From IMG/VR virus record IMGVR_UViG_3300011561_000001, positions 1 through 64,000 of that record: a stretch of DNA of 64,000 nt; one strand, written 5' to 3'. This stretch comes from a virus. Its lineage: Duplodnaviria; Caudoviricetes. Position numbers and translations under genes: made by a program. Below, one piece after another: positions 54,857 to 64,000 of the stretch (positions are counted from its first letter, which is position 1; every line of letters begins with the position of its first letter). The notes under the pieces are model-generated. The model had not been told where the DNA came from, did not search any database, and was given only the letters and a program-made list of their open reading frames with translations.

Positions 54857-56131
54857 TTAAACAGAAACGGTTGCACGTACAGCACTAACCTTGTGTACAG
54901 CGCCTGCCAAACGAAACGTGACAATGAAATCGCCCATTACACGAGTAGCACGAATCATTTCTGGAATTGCCAGAACATTCGGGGACTGAACAGTTGGTGC
55001 AGGAGTATCAGCAATGCCGCCGTTGGCAATACCTTGGGCGTTGATGTTACGAATCTCTGCCTCGATAAGTGTTGCACCTTGTTGTGTATATGGAATTTTT
55101 CTGCTATTAATCATACGGAAGAACACGGCCTCTTGGACACGAGCTTTCCACCAATCGAGAAATACCGTCGCGTCAATGAACTCACCACCGGCCATCTGAC
55201 CATTCATAATAATGGCAGCACCTTTCACGCGACGGAAGTAGTTGACATTCTTGTCACCAAGGACGTTAACTTCAGTTTCCGAGAGACGGCTAACAGTTAC
55301 ACCAGAAAGACTCTTCAGTGCCCAAGTGTTGCTACCCGGAACTTCAAGGAGTTGATGCAGCCAAGCAGCTTCTGGAAACTCGGTGTCGGCAGTTGCAGAC
55401 CAAATAGTAAAGGTGCGCTCAAGATTCATGTCATAAAGCCGGGAAGCAATATCAGTAGTCGAGAGAGCAGCTAGAACTTGACGGTCGCTGGTAGAAGTGC
55501 CAAAGATTTTGGTCATCGCCTCAATAGTTTGAGCAAACGCCAGCACTTCAGCAGGATCGTGACTATCAATCACTACAGCGTAGAAATCATCATTTTCTTC
55601 TTGAACAGCAAACAGTGCATCACTGTAAGATTCGGTTGCTGTGGTAGCAACAACAGCTACATCGGCGTTACCAGTTACTACAGCTTCGGAGTAAACAGCA
55701 AGCTCATCACCGTCTGCATTCAGAACAGCAACAACACCACCTTCTGCAAGCAGATCGCGCAGTTCAGCTAGGATAGTGGCTTCATTGTCAGCAGGACCGG
55801 ATGTGTAGCTGTAAGTCTCACCATCAATGGTCAGGGAGTAAACAGTTGCATCTTCTGCAATAACGGTAACAGTGTCATGGTCAACATCTTTACGACCAAT
55901 CACAATCTGAGGGAATACCAGTTCCTGACTAAACAGCTTTTGAGCCATAATATAAGTCACAGAAGTAGTGGGGAAATCTTCAGCAACACCAGTGAGGCTA
56001 TTGTACACACGAGCACGTTCTGGGAACTGGCCGTGGGCAGAAAGAATCATTGGAATACTGAAAGATGTAATATCAATCTGCTGAGTGTTTTTAGTAATAA
56101 ACACTTCAACAAAAGAGTCAATTGCTGCCAA
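54857..56131 (-). CDS. Tail sheath protein (DUF3383-like)
   Basis: TWALKSLSGV, GEFID, KIPYT..G, FRLAGAVH. Confidence 0.9.
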   Translation of the reverse strand: MAAIDSFVEVFITKNTQQIDITSFSIPMILSAHGQFPERARVYNSLTGVAEDFPTTSVTYIMAQKLFSQELVFPQIVIGRKDVDHDTVTVIAEDATVYSLTIDGETYSYTSGPADNEATILAELRDLLAEGGVVAVLNADGDELAVYSEAVVTGNADVAVVATTATESYSDALFAVQEENDDFYAVVIDSHDPAEVLAFAQTIEAMTKIFGTSTSDRQVLAALSTTDIASRLYDMNLERTFTIWSATADTEFPEAAWLHQLLEVPGSNTWALKSLSGVTVSRLSETEVNVLGDKNVNYFRRVKGAAIIMNGQMAGGEFIDATVFLDWWKARVQEAVFFRMINSRKIPYTQQGATLIEAEIRNINAQGIANGGIADTPAPTVQSPNVLAIPEMIRATRVMGDFIVTFRLAGAVHKVSAVRATVSV

Positions 56132-56165
56132 TTGCGTATCCTCTTGTGTTATTTAATAAGGCGAT

Positions 56166-56702
56166 TTAAGCCACTGGTGGGATGGTAGAAGACCTACCGT
56201 TGGTGCTAATCGTGACATGCTCAACCCAATCAACTTCTTTAGATTCATGCACGCCATAAGCAAAGGTGACAGTGAAGTTAAAAGCATCAACCCACTGTGT
56301 GTCCCTCAACTGAGGGTTGTATACGACTTGTGTTTTTCTATTAGGAGCCAACCCAAACCTACACCAATCATCACGAGTCATTGTGTAGTTGGTGATATAC
56401 CGATGGAACACATCAGCAATATCTCCAGAGTTGCTACCGTAAAAACTGAACTGAACACGAGCTTCGTGGAAGCTTTGGAAGTGTGACTTAAGACCTGTCG
56501 GCCCCACAATCCCATCTGTCAAAGATGAGTTGTAAACTCTTCCCGTTTGTTCAAGTCCAAGAATGTTAATCACAATGTAATCATTATTTGGTTCTAAGCC
56601 ATTACCGTGACTAAAGATAATCTGTGGGGTGTATTCTGTTCTTTTTATTAGAGCATCAGAGCCATCGAACAATGCGTCTCTGATTTGACTGTAGACAGAC
56701 AT
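56166..56702 (-). CDS. Neck/tail terminator protein
   Basis: Synteny; VQFSFYG. Confidence 0.7.
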   Translation of the reverse strand: MSVYSQIRDALFDGSDALIKRTEYTPQIIFSHGNGLEPNNDYIVINILGLEQTGRVYNSSLTDGIVGPTGLKSHFQSFHEARVQFSFYGSNSGDIADVFHRYITNYTMTRDDWCRFGLAPNRKTQVVYNPQLRDTQWVDAFNFTVTFAYGVHESKEVDWVEHVTISTNGRSSTIPPVA

Positions 56703-57214
56703 TAGACAAACTCCTTATCTCCGATACGCCATTTAACTTTGGAGATAAGTTCTCCTGTTTTGTCCAGAGGATCATCTCGACCTTTCAGTGCGATTGTAAG
56801 AGGAGCATTAGCCGGATAAGACCAAGAGTCCATCACCATCTGAAGCAGCTCAACCATGTCATCACCAAGAGAAGCATATAGTTGTTCCCAACTCATCCTC
56901 CCTTCAATAACCAAAGGAAGTCTTCTTTTCAAGGCGTTCTCAAAGATTGGTCTATTCTTTAAGTACACCATGAAGCCTTCGGTGATGAACATACGAGGTG
57001 GGATTGTCGCCCCTCTCATATTTACTGTTCCGTTGTGTAACCACAAAGCTAATTGAGCTAGTGGGATTGGTGGACCACTCTCTTCAGCCTGAGAATGCAA
57101 ATCTCCATTAAACCAGCCAATCTGCAAACTCTTTTTGTTTGAAGCAAGAAGCTGCCTTTTGATTCGTTTCCACTCTTTCGTATCGGCGGTATAACCTGTT
57201 CTAATCATACACAC
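56702..57214 (-). CDS. Tail completion/neck protein (HK97 gp10-like)
   Basis: IPPRMF, NAPLTIALKG.DDPL..TG. Confidence 0.8.
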   Translation of the reverse strand: MCMIRTGYTADTKEWKRIKRQLLASNKKSLQIGWFNGDLHSQAEESGPPIPLAQLALWLHNGTVNMRGATIPPRMFITEGFMVYLKNRPIFENALKRRLPLVIEGRMSWEQLYASLGDDMVELLQMVMDSWSYPANAPLTIALKGRDDPLDKTGELISKVKWRIGDKEFV

Positions 57215-57215
57215 C

Positions 57216-57584
57216 TCAAGTTTGAGTTACAGAAATCCTAGCCGCCCACGCTTTCCAGTGGTCCAACGTACCCATCGCATAATTCTGAACTTTCATCACT
57301 TCGTAGCGATGACCTTGCCACTCGAATTGGTCAGCGTCCCATCCGTCGTCCCCTTCTTGTTTAGTGCGAAGAAGATCAGCGGAATACACTTTGTACCACT
57401 CACGAGTGCGATCAGATTCAGGCATCATTTGAACTTCAGAAGGTTTGACAGGTTGAATATTTACTTCAACAACAACTTCGACTTCAGGACCATCGACCCA
57501 AACACCGCGAACGTAAGAACCAGCCTCTTTTCTGTAGATCGTCAAAGGAATTTTCTTTGTTAGGAGAAATTGAGGACGTAGCAT
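57216..57584 (-). CDS. Head closure protein
   Basis: GSYVRGVW, NIQP, WQGHRYEV. Confidence 0.8.
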   Translation of the reverse strand: MLRPQFLLTKKIPLTIYRKEAGSYVRGVWVDGPEVEVVVEVNIQPVKPSEVQMMPESDRTREWYKVYSADLLRTKQEGDDGWDADQFEWQGHRYEVMKVQNYAMGTLDHWKAWAARISVTQT

Positions 57585-57593
57585 AATCTCTCC

Positions 57594-58007
57594 TTAAAAG
57601 ACCGAACCTTTTGCATTGCAACCTTGACAACCACAAGAGCCTTCATGGTCACAGACAGAAATGTTGAGGAGCTTGGAACAAGAATCTTTACTTCCAAACC
57701 AAGGGAACAAGCCACCGGGGATGGAGATGTCTGGGTTCTTAATGAAGTAATCTAGAGCTTTCAGGTAACTGGTGGAAATAGAGTTCCACACTTCAATATC
57801 GCCTGTACGTTCGCGGGTACTCCACCCAGATAGTTGCATAGAAGCAGAAATAGCAGCCATGCGGGCTGTTTTGTACAAGTCACCATTATTCAAATCAAGA
57901 AGCTTTTGTAGCTCATCATCTGCGAACAACGGGTAGAAAGGAGATGACTCTACATCCCCTATTAATATTCTGATAAGAGCTATTTTCTCTTCGTCAGTCA
58001 TGGGCAA
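57594..58007 (-). CDS. Head-tail adaptor
   Basis: IRILIGD...F.DDEL. Confidence 0.75.
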   Translation of the reverse strand: MPMTDEEKIALIRILIGDVESSPFYPLFADDELQKLLDLNNGDLYKTARMAAISASMQLSGWSTRERTGDIEVWNSISTSYLKALDYFIKNPDISIPGGLFPWFGSKDSCSKLLNISVCDHEGSCGCQGCNAKGSVF

Positions 58008-58061
58008 AGCCTCTCCTTTTAATTTAAGGAGGGCAAAACCATTTGGTTTGCCCTATAATCT

Positions 58062-58238
58062 TTAAGCCTGTAGAGCAGCAATCACTTCATTCAACAGAGT
58101 GGCAACATCTTCAGCAGTAGCCGTAGCAGGATCAGCAATAGGCTCAAGAGCAACTACTTCTGCTTTAGTGGATACGTCCAGATCAGCAGCAAGCTGGCGA
58201 ACTGTATAAATCCAACCGGCTTTAGTTTCAACATCCAT
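58062..58238 (-). CDS. Small virion-associated protein, 58 aa (MDVETKAGW...ATLLNEVIAALQA)
   Basis: Translated by hand; AGGAG SD; flanked by hairpins. Confidence 0.7.
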   Translation of the reverse strand: MDVETKAGWIYTVRQLAADLDVSTKAEVVALEPIADPATATAEDVATLLNEVIAALQA

Positions 58239-58292
58239 AGGAATCTCCTAAACATAGGAGGCTATATTTCAAGCCTCCTTATTCACTCTGTT

Positions 58293-59357
58293 TTATACGC
58301 TAAGGAACAGACGAACGATAGCACCCGGATTCAGCAGAGCGTTCAGGAAGTTTTGCTCAGTCATAATCTCGATGATGTCATCTTTCTCGTTCATGTACTC
58401 GAACCAGTAGCTACCCTGAGCACGGCGGTTGATGGTGCCGAAACGGTTAGCAGGAGCGAAGTAGGTTTTGAACATATCACGAACACCAACCGGCATCATG
58501 TACGCATCACCTTCCGGTACGAACGGAACGAAGTCACCATCGGCATCTTCATAGCCAGCAGCGCCAGCGTTGATGAAGGTGATACCGAACAGGTCAACAT
58601 ACTCAAAGCGAGCATCCTGAGCCAGAGCTTGCGGGGCACCAAGCAGAACGTCCAGAGACTGAGTGCTACGCTCCGACTTCATTGCATCGGTAACATAGGG
58701 GTTCAGCAGCAGTGCGTTAAAGAAGCTGTCCGAAGCCAGAACAACGAAGCGACGGATGGTGCCAGCTTGACCGCCAGTCAGGCCGGCACGAACAGCTTTC
58801 TTGGCATCAGCGAAGTCGCTACGTGGGTCAACCGAAGCTGCCAGATCAACACCAATCTCTTCACGAGTAATACCAAACTCAGTGTAGTAGTTGGTCGATA
58901 CAGTGCCGTTCGGAGCATAAACAGTACCGGCAGTGATGAGCTGCATACGAGCGGCTTCAAGGGTCAGACCATGAGCTTCACGCAGGTCAAACATCTTGTC
59001 AGCACGGACGTTAGCAACGCTTTCCAGCTCAGCGGCTTCAGCCATTGAGGCAGCAGAAACAATACCATCGATGTCGTTCGGGGTGATAGCGTCATCTGCT
59101 GGGAAGTGCGGAATCTTCAGCAGCAGCGAGTCGCGTTGACGACCAGCGATAGTTTGGTTACGCTCATCCCAGTTACGGTCTTCCAACAGAGTGGAGCCAC
59201 GCTTGGTGCGGGTGATTTCAACAGTCTTCTGACTGGAGAAGGTCGGAGTGAACAGACCAAGTGCGTTGGTGATACCTACAGTGTTCGGGATTTGAATCAG
59301 GCTGTCGGTACGGTCAACTACTTTACTACGGTCATTCGGGTTAATTACGAGTGGCAT
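58293..59357 (-). CDS. Major capsid protein (lambda E/FelixO1-like)
   Basis: IPNT.G....LGLF, IPHFPADDAITP.DI; strong codon bias. Confidence 0.95.
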   Translation of the reverse strand: MPLVINPNDRSKVVDRTDSLIQIPNTVGITNALGLFTPTFSSQKTVEITRTKRGSTLLEDRNWDERNQTIAGRQRDSLLLKIPHFPADDAITPNDIDGIVSAASMAEAAELESVANVRADKMFDLREAHGLTLEAARMQLITAGTVYAPNGTVSTNYYTEFGITREEIGVDLAASVDPRSDFADAKKAVRAGLTGGQAGTIRRFVVLASDSFFNALLLNPYVTDAMKSERSTQSLDVLLGAPQALAQDARFEYVDLFGITFINAGAAGYEDADGDFVPFVPEGDAYMMPVGVRDMFKTYFAPANRFGTINRRAQGSYWFEYMNEKDDIIEIMTEQNFLNALLNPGAIVRLFLSV

Positions 59358-59404
59358 ATTTTATCTTTCCTTTACTTAATTAGAGACTTGGCAAAATATG
59401 CCGA

Positions 59405-59863
59405 TTACTTGGTTTCCAGAACCACGATACCTTGCTTTTCCAGCACTTCTTTCAGAGAAGCAAACTGAGCAGCGGTAAGCGGGGTGCCGAGGGTGTCAGC
59501 GAACTGGCGAATGAAGTATTCTTTCAGTTGCAGGCCACCAGAATGACCAACAAAGCCGACAGCGTTGAACTGACCAGCAACAATGGCACGAGGAACGAAC
59601 GAAGGATTGAAGCTATACTCGTCACCGTAAACAACAGCAAACTCATTGGTTTCAGCAATCTGAGCAGCAGCGCTGAGAACAGCGTAAGCACCCTCAGGAT
59701 CAGTACCCTTGGCACGGTAAACAACAGTGCCGATTTCAACAGCAGCGCCACCAGCCGGAGGAGTGACGTTTACACATTTACGGCCATAACCAACACTCGG
59801 ATCAATTTCGTGAACAACGAGGTCGGACAGGCGCTTGGAGTGAGGCATAGTTACGAAAGGCAT
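59405..59863 (-). CDS. Head decoration protein
   Basis: Immediately before the MCP gene; EIGTVVY. Confidence 0.75.
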   Translation of the reverse strand: MPFVTMPHSKRLSDLVVHEIDPSVGYGRKCVNVTPPAGGAAVEIGTVVYRAKGTDPEGAYAVLSAAAQIAETNEFAVVYGDEYSFNPSFVPRAIVAGQFNAVGFVGHSGGLQLKEYFIRQFADTLGTPLTAAQFASLKEVLEKQGIVVLETK

Positions 59864-59882
59864 ATTAATAAGTTCCTTTGGA

Positions 59883-61259
59883 TTAACGATTTTGAAGACG
59901 GGCTTGAATCAGCGCATCGGTAGTGGAAGTTTTCGGAGCAGCGACATCTTCAACAGAAGCCTCTACGCCTTGATCACCGACCTCGGTGAACATCTCACTG
60001 TTTTCAACAGCTTTAGCTTGAACAGCCATAGCGCCTACAACAGTGGAGAATGCAGCGTCGTCCAGAGAAGACAGGGAAGCAGCCAGAGCTTCTACTTGGT
60101 CAGCGGAAGTGACAGCAGCCAGCTTGTCTTTACGAGCTTGCAATTTCTGCTCTACTTTCTCTTCTTCCAGTTTTGCAACCAGAGCTTGAGCATCAGCCAG
60201 AGCGGTTTCTTTTTCACCCAGAGCAGCTTCAAGGGAAGCTTTCAGTTGGGTCATATCTTCAAGGGATGCTTGAAGAGTAGTAACTTGTGCCTGATAGTCA
60301 GACAGTTGAGTTTGAAGCTCTTCGAGCTTTGGCATATCCACGGACATATTAGGAGTTACCTCATTCTTAATAAATTTAAAAATACGATTGTTCATTTCTT
60401 TCCCGGTCTTATTAGATTGGGCCTCTGACGACAAGTAAGAGTAGAAGTCTTCCAGAGTCATTATTTTATCAGCTAGACCCAAAGCAACAGCTTCTTCTGA
60501 AAGAAACGTTTTAGCTTCGGTATTCCTCACTGCTTCCACGGACATGCCACGATGTTCTGCAACATATTCAGTGAAATCTTTGTAGAGAGCATCCACTTTG
60601 TTTTGAAGGTCTTGAATAAATTCTTTTCGGAAACTTCCGTCTTCAGCAAAAGGAATTTTTTCTGATCCTGCTGTAACAAAGGTTCGCTCATAACCTTTCT
60701 GCTCAAGAGCCTTTGAATCATTCATCAAGCGGATAAGAACTCCGACCGATCCAATCTCAGATTGCTTGTTCGAAACAATTTCGTCGGAGATTACGGTAAG
60801 TCCATATGCTGCCGATGCACTAAGGCCATCCACATAACTAATGATACGCACACCGTTATCATCAGCCAGTTTGCGCAGATAATTACCAGTGTCCATCATT
60901 CCGTAAGCTTCACCACCACCTGACTCCACCACAAAAGCAATGGTCTTGGCACCTTCAACAACAAGAGATTCGAAGTCTTCTTTAATACTCTCGTAAGAAG
61001 TTCCGCCGCAGAAGGCTTCCCATCCGGTAGACTTATTAGTCAGCGGACCATTGATGCTAATTACGCCTAGATTATTTTCAGCGTAATAAAGGGTGTCGTA
61101 CATCGAAAACTCTAGAGAATCTTCCTTAGTCTCCAGTACAGCACCACCTTCACAACGCTTGTCCAGATAATTCATCACCGATTCGAAGGTGCGAGGGTCG
61201 ATCAACAAAGGAGTGTCGAACATCTTGCTTCTTAGGCGAGTGAGTTCATGGGCCATCAT
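59883..61259 (-). CDS. S49 prohead protease with C-terminal scaffold
   Basis: ESGGGEA, SAAY, GSVGV, G.ADKI; coiled-coil C-terminus. Confidence 0.9.
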   Translation of the reverse strand: MMAHELTRLRSKMFDTPLLIDPRTFESVMNYLDKRCEGGAVLETKEDSLEFSMYDTLYYAENNLGVISINGPLTNKSTGWEAFCGGTSYESIKEDFESLVVEGAKTIAFVVESGGGEAYGMMDTGNYLRKLADDNGVRIISYVDGLSASAAYGLTVISDEIVSNKQSEIGSVGVLIRLMNDSKALEQKGYERTFVTAGSEKIPFAEDGSFRKEFIQDLQNKVDALYKDFTEYVAEHRGMSVEAVRNTEAKTFLSEEAVALGLADKIMTLEDFYSYLSSEAQSNKTGKEMNNRIFKFIKNEVTPNMSVDMPKLEELQTQLSDYQAQVTTLQASLEDMTQLKASLEAALGEKETALADAQALVAKLEEEKVEQKLQARKDKLAAVTSADQVEALAASLSSLDDAAFSTVVGAMAVQAKAVENSEMFTEVGDQGVEASVEDVAAPKTSTTDALIQARLQNR

Positions 61260-61267
61260 TCACTCCT

Positions 61268-62797
61268 TCATACGTTTTCATTGTTGGAAATTGATCCGTC
61301 ACCGGAACCACCACTAGCATCACCAGTTCCAGATGGCATACCCTCTGTCATCCCATCACCACTTCTTGAAGTCATGTTCCCAAGAGCAGCATCAAGCTCT
61401 TCTTGGGACATAGTGTCTGGAACACGATAAGGGATGTCAGCTTGCTTCATTACCCAGTTGATTGTGTCTCGATTACGTGGGAATGTAGAAACAGCAGCAG
61501 TACGTTGGATAAACTTACTCACTTCATCCAGAGATTCTTTACTAACATTTCCGTAAGTGAATTCTGGCATGATTGTTGTATCCCAACCATTCTGTTCAAA
61601 CAAGGTTCGGACAAGCTGGTGATTAAGCTGATTCTTGATTTCGTCAAGCTTGGCTTGAATACCCATCTCGATAATGCTTACTTTTGTTTCACCAAGAGCG
61701 AATGAGCCACCACCTTGTTGACCAAGGGCCAAGAAGTCAGCAAACAAACAAGTGAGGATTTCTCGGGTGTAGCGATTGATGATGTCATTAGTGTTGTAGG
61801 ACTTCTGCCCTGTAACACTCATCACTTCAAAGTCAAACATCCGCTTACCAGTTTCATCTAGTAGCAGAGGAAGAATCAAACCAGATTGCTTAGCAACGTG
61901 CATATTAGCCATTGCTTGCTGGTAGGCTTGAAACACCGCCTTATTCTCATCAGAAGCATCAGCCGCCATGTATTGAGGTGGCAAGTACAGCACTTTAAAG
62001 CCATTTGAGTCTTGTGCCGTCCCTATGGCCTCAGCCTCGGCGTATGCTGTCTTATACTTCCATGCTTGCCATGCCCCATTTAAACTACTCACTCCGGTTG
62101 GTGAGTCTTTTAGTGGGTTATTACGAAACAGAAGAAACTTCTTCCTAGCCAGTCTTACGGGTTTTGTTTTAGTAGAGGCTGTTGAAGTATTTACAAAATC
62201 CCACCCGTAGTCGGGAGTTGCGCTATCTGGAATCACGACTCGTTGAACAAGTCCAGCAAGCTCACGACCAGAGTTCTTCCAATACCACCCTTCGATTGTA
62301 TCTTGAGAACGAATAGGAAGCTTCTTAACCCCTACAAGCCCATCATTGAACTTCGATCCATTTTCTTTACGGCGATAGCGAAGAACAATCTCAAGAACAG
62401 AGAAGCCATAGCGGTTGAACGTAGCAGCTTGCTTAATCATGCTCTGCCAGTCATGATCCATATCGGTCATCACTTGCTTGAGATAATTGGCTTTGTCAGC
62501 TAATTCATCCTCATATCCTTCAGGAATCTTTACATCCCAAGGCACTCGTGCAATCATGGTTTCAACAAGTTCAAGGGCTGGGCTGATAGCAGCGTCCTTA
62601 GCCATCTTCTTGTATGTCTCTATTGCTTGAGGCCAGCGCAGCTCATGTGAGCAATCCTCGAATACCTGACCACCTAAAGTGGTTAGACCGTTGAAGCCCT
62701 GTTCACGGTATGCTATCGTTGGAATCTCATTAGAGCCTTGTTCAAGCTGCACATCTTCAACACTCTCCGCAACGGAGGCATCTTGTTCGTCAGCCAT
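61268..62797 (-). CDS. Portal protein (DUF935-like)
   Basis: YGFSVLE, P.GVSSL...AW.AW, GGSFALGE. Confidence 0.9.
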   Translation of the reverse strand: MADEQDASVAESVEDVQLEQGSNEIPTIAYREQGFNGLTTLGGQVFEDCSHELRWPQAIETYKKMAKDAAISPALELVETMIARVPWDVKIPEGYEDELADKANYLKQVMTDMDHDWQSMIKQAATFNRYGFSVLEIVLRYRRKENGSKFNDGLVGVKKLPIRSQDTIEGWYWKNSGRELAGLVQRVVIPDSATPDYGWDFVNTSTASTKTKPVRLARKKFLLFRNNPLKDSPTGVSSLNGAWQAWKYKTAYAEAEAIGTAQDSNGFKVLYLPPQYMAADASDENKAVFQAYQQAMANMHVAKQSGLILPLLLDETGKRMFDFEVMSVTGQKSYNTNDIINRYTREILTCLFADFLALGQQGGGSFALGETKVSIIEMGIQAKLDEIKNQLNHQLVRTLFEQNGWDTTIMPEFTYGNVSKESLDEVSKFIQRTAAVSTFPRNRDTINWVMKQADIPYRVPDTMSQEELDAALGNMTSRSGDGMTEGMPSGTGDASGGSGDGSISNNENV

Positions 62798-62809
62798 TGA
62801 TTAGCCTCC

Positions 62810-63970
62810 TTATATGTTGGAAAATGGGTTGTTAGATTTGAGGTTTGTTGATAGGAGTCCTGCTGAGAAGTTTGGTATGTTCATCTTAGAGGCAAGGAAC
62901 AAGTAGGATAAGCTACAGCAGTCCACGATATCGTCGTGCCCCTGAGAACCGCTCCGTCTTTTTCCATCAAACCGCTCCAACTCCTGATACATAAAATCGT
63001 TATCATTTTGGATTTTATTCCACAGGTCATTCGCACAACCCTTAACGACTTTAACAATACCGAGTTCAGAAGATGCAGCAAATGGCCTAAAGCAATCCAA
63101 CTTACCCGCTGTTGATCTATTTGTTTTAACTATGAAGCCGGACTCAATGATTGATCTAGCTAGCAACGTAGTTGAAGCCTTAGCTGCTGGGTTAGGGTCA
63201 ATAGGTAGAATAATCTCTACGTGAGGTCCATCGTTTCGAGCATTTTCTAGAATGAATTCAAACCATTCACCAAATGTGAGGTAAGTTCGAACAGCATCCA
63301 GAATTACATATTCACCGCTCTTGAGCTTACCCATCTTTACAGATGCGAAGTAGTCAGGGCTTCTGTTACCATCGTGAGGTTTTGTTCCTGCAAAGTCATA
63401 ACTTCGTACAATCTTTGTAAACTCGGTGTGAGGGGGAACCTCTGTAATCTCGATGATATTTTTACGATTAAAATAAGTGGCTTGTTCTGCACGAGCAAAC
63501 CAGTTTCCGTAGAGTAGGCGCTCTCTGTCTAACTTCGGAAGGGCTTCAAGGTTGCTTTTGTACAGAGGATTGGATTTTTTGAGCGGAGGATTATCATCAA
63601 TAGTACCGAAAAGACCTTGAAAGCTAATTGGCTTAACTTGGTCTTCGTGGTCTTCTGGAAGCTCAGGTCTTCCGTACTTCTCAATCAACTCTTCCCGAGT
63701 ATCTCCCCATACAAGATCACCACCAATACGAAGAAGGTAGCGAATGACACCATTCTTTTCCGGATCGGGACGACCCGCAAGCTCATGGCCCTCCGGGTAA
63801 AGCCACCACATTGCATACTTCAGAACCCAGCTATCAGCATCTGGGTTACAGCTCCACCACATTGAGTGTATATTCTTTGCATCAGAACGAAGACGCGACC
63901 ACAACCACCACAACTGTTCTTCGTTGTCGGCGTGAGTCACTTCGTCATAAAAGATGTTTGAAATCTGAAT
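62810..63970 (-). CDS. terL: Terminase large subunit, 3' portion (N-terminal ATPase half lies outside the window)
   Basis: Walker B NIFYDE, CNP, LLYGNW, nuclease RSYD...PDY and HDDIVD. Confidence 0.9.
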   Translation of the reverse strand: MQISNIFYDEVTHADNEEQLWWLWSRLRSDAKNIHSMWWSCNPDADSWVLKYAMWWLYPEGHELAGRPDPEKNGVIRYLLRIGGDLVWGDTREELIEKYGRPELPEDHEDQVKPISFQGLFGTIDDNPPLKKSNPLYKSNLEALPKLDRERLLYGNWFARAEQATYFNRKNIIEITEVPPHTEFTKIVRSYDFAGTKPHDGNRSPDYFASVKMGKLKSGEYVILDAVRTYLTFGEWFEFILENARNDGPHVEIILPIDPNPAAKASTTLLARSIIESGFIVKTNRSTAGKLDCFRPFAASSELGIVKVVKGCANDLWNKIQNDNDFMYQELERFDGKRRSGSQGHDDIVDCCSLSYLFLASKMNIPNFSAGLLSTNLKSNNPFSNI

Positions 63971-64000
63971 CAATATATTTGTTCAAGAAAGGTCGTTAAT
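63971..64000 (-). mobile_element. Probable 3' end of a second group I intron in terL
   Basis: In-frame TGA at 63983-63985; no SD; ends ...UUAACGACC...UGAACAAAUAUAUUG, paralleling the 3' end of the TMP intron. Confidence 0.5.

Noticed and set aside
54178-55474. Long plus-strand ORFs opposite the tube and sheath genes
   Set aside because: Antisense shadows with no recognisable motifs.
53275-56160. TAAATA-like motifs as T4-style late promoters
   Set aside because: They mostly overlap stop codons in AT-rich spacers and show no consistent TATAAATA consensus.
58353-59048. 231-aa plus-strand ORF opposite the major capsid gene
   Set aside because: Antisense shadow of a strongly codon-biased gene; no SD and no motifs.

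Overview
This window is 64 kb of a lytic, contractile-tailed (myovirus) phage genome. Its layout resembles FelixO1/PAK_P1-type phages, and the host is probably a Gammaproteobacterium (inferred). It has four blocks. (1) 1-741 is a non-coding, probably terminal region. (2) 742-13535 (minus strand) holds about 40 tiny early genes, each group behind its own sigma70-type promoter or terminator cassette, followed by a ~850 bp divergent non-coding gap. (3) 14389-35011 (plus strand) holds replication and nucleotide genes: primase-helicase, family A DNA polymerase, SSB, exonuclease, dUTPase, ThyX, NrdB/NrdA, glutaredoxin and several free-standing endonucleases. (4) 35106-64000 (minus strand) runs from terminase through portal, head, tail, baseplate and fibres to lysis. 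The strongest observations are these. An ORF-less group I intron (51175-51536) splits the tape-measure gene, and a second intron probably interrupts terL at the window edge. Three early promoters carry an OxyR/LysR-type operator directly abutting the -35 in identical register. Several early promoters have hairpin-forming spacers and are repeated as cassettes. A tail adhesin has a DGR-target-like C-terminus, but no RT or template repeat is visible in the window. Three consecutive fibre genes share one C-terminal domain. I saw no tRNA, rRNA or CRISPR array. All calls come from motif recognition by eye; no database searches were run.
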